A stretch of DNA of 64,000 nt from Intoshia linei (Eukaryota > Animalia > Orthonectida): contig LWCA01000016.1 in the NCBI GenBank assembly GCA_001642005.1, positions 1 through 64,000 of the forward strand, read 5' to 3'. This document shows positions 62,442 to 64,000 of the stretch, in pieces (position 1 is the first letter of the stretch; each line of letters starts with the position of its first letter). The translations under genes and the position numbers were made by a program. The notes under the pieces are model-generated. The model made no database searches, was not told where the DNA came from, and saw nothing but the letters and a program-made list of their open reading frames with translations.

Positions 62442-64000
62442 TTTTAAAAATTTTGATAAATTTTTAATAGTAGGTATGGTAATTAACACGTATTTGTTTA
62501 ACTGTTTGTTAGCAATGTTTGTTACATATTTGTTAAAAATTATTTTTAAATTTTACAAAAGAAATGAAAATTTTAAAACTGTCTGATTATAATCATCTGA
62601 TAATTATCAGACTCTTATATACGATTTGTTTGTCTCAATTCTTGATACGGTATTATTGAGATAATAATTATAATCTCTATCCTTTACTTATATACAATTG
62701 AATGTCTGTGTTACGGTTGATTTAAAAAATGAACAGTCGTAGAATTAAAAAAACCAAATTTCTAGTACAATTTTCTCCAGTGATGGCTATTATTATTTTG
62801 TTTCTAATTTTCATTTTCCGAAATTGAGTCGTTCAGGAACAAAAACCTAATTGCCTTTTTTTAAAAAATATAATCAGCCAAAAATTTAAAAAACATAAAT
62901 TATAAGACGCTATTTAAAATCATTAAAATTGTCGTAATTATTACCTTTTGTTTTAAAAATTATAAATGTTTTAAAATTTTATAAAATTTATAAATTTATT
63001 AATTCTGAAATAGTTTTTAAAATCATGAGGATTATCATACCTACAAAGATTGTATTTTCACGTTTAAAACGCCTGACCACCAGTTTTTGAAAAATGAAAA
63101 GAGCCTTAGAATTAAATAAAAAAAAGAAAGATTATTCTGATTCAGCTTATTCCGTTTTTTTTATAGTTATAAAAAATTTAAAACTCAGAAATCAACGCAT
63201 TCCCGATTAAAAATAATTTTAAAAATATCAACTAATATTTTTCAAATGTCTGGATTAAAATTAAAAATAAAAAATATAAATATTCATCCTACAATTTCAA
63301 AAAAAATGTCGATTGAACGTATAAATATTTGAAATACTTAATTATGAGTTTCAATCTCATAAATTGATTCATTATGTTTTTTATCAGTGCTACGCAGTTT
63401 CTCATTTGCAAAAACTTTCACTTTAATCTAAAGCAGTTCTTCTCAAAGGGGTCTACACAATATAACAGGGGATGTCCACAGTTAAAGGAATGTATTATTT
63501 CAAGAATTAATTTAATATTATTAAGGAGAAAACACCAGTTGTGTTTAGTGGATTTAGTCTAAATCCAACTTCAAAAAAGAAAATCCCTTTTTTCAATATT
63601 TTTTAAAAAATACACTTTTACCAAATTTAAAGAAAAAACCACTTTCTCACACAGTGTTTCCCAAGCGTGGGGCCAAGCCCCACTGGTTAAGCATGACGAA
63701 ATTTTTGGTGGGACATTGGAAATTTAGTGGGGATTACGACTTTTTGATGGGGCCTGGGAAATATTACAAATTTATAGGATTATGAAAATTTTAGATTAAT
63801 TTATTGTTAATTTTATACAATATTCTTAGGTTTATAAGTGGTTATGTGATACTTGAACCAATTAATTGTATTTCTAAAGTAGATAACAGTTAAGTAAGTA
63901 CAAATCAGACAAAAATTTACTGTTTATTAAAAACAAATATACATTTAAAAAGATAGGTACAACAAAAGAGTAAGCACCAAATAATTGGTATAAAATAGTA

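Noticed and set aside
1-64000. tRNA, rRNA or snRNA genes
   Set aside because: None recognised by eye. tRNAscan-SE and Infernal/Rfam would be needed to exclude divergent ones.

Overview
This is very AT-rich eukaryotic (animal-type) genomic DNA with a compact gene layout: many GT-AG introns of about 33-45 nt, tiny intergenic gaps, and larger introns filled with transposon debris. The style resembles reduced parasitic invertebrate genomes such as the orthonectid Intoshia (inference only). Genes reconstructed by hand across exons, in order: GPR89 (+), OSGEP/Kae1 (-), TP53RK/Bud32 (+), an orphan MG-start, polybasic, Cys-rich protein (-), TFB1M (-), PAM16 (+), an ankyrin/armadillo ANKAR-like gene (+), DNAJC25 (-), CPSF6 (+), two tandem ZnT1/SLC30A1-like zinc exporters (-), a CYB5R4-like 5' fragment cut by an assembly gap (+), and a ZIP7/SLC39A7-like transporter (-). 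Mobile DNA includes hAT MITEs and transposase relics (Buster-type and hATm-like), a FLYWCH-MULE relic, Tc1/pogo-type and foldback MITEs, non-autonomous Helitrons, and a dispersed ~30-bp minisatellite. The most interesting observations are: (1) the KEOPS partners Kae1 and Bud32 sit head-to-head with only 62 bp between their ATGs; (2) the same 12-mer, readable as a poly(A) signal on both strands, lies in two convergent 23-26 bp gaps; (3) a UGUA-rich intronic poly(A) cassette in CPSF6 suggests CFIm autoregulation; (4) the ZIP7-like gene lacks its N-terminal domain and has HEFPHQVGD in place of HEXPHEXGD. Exon boundaries were read by eye and need RNA-seq confirmation.
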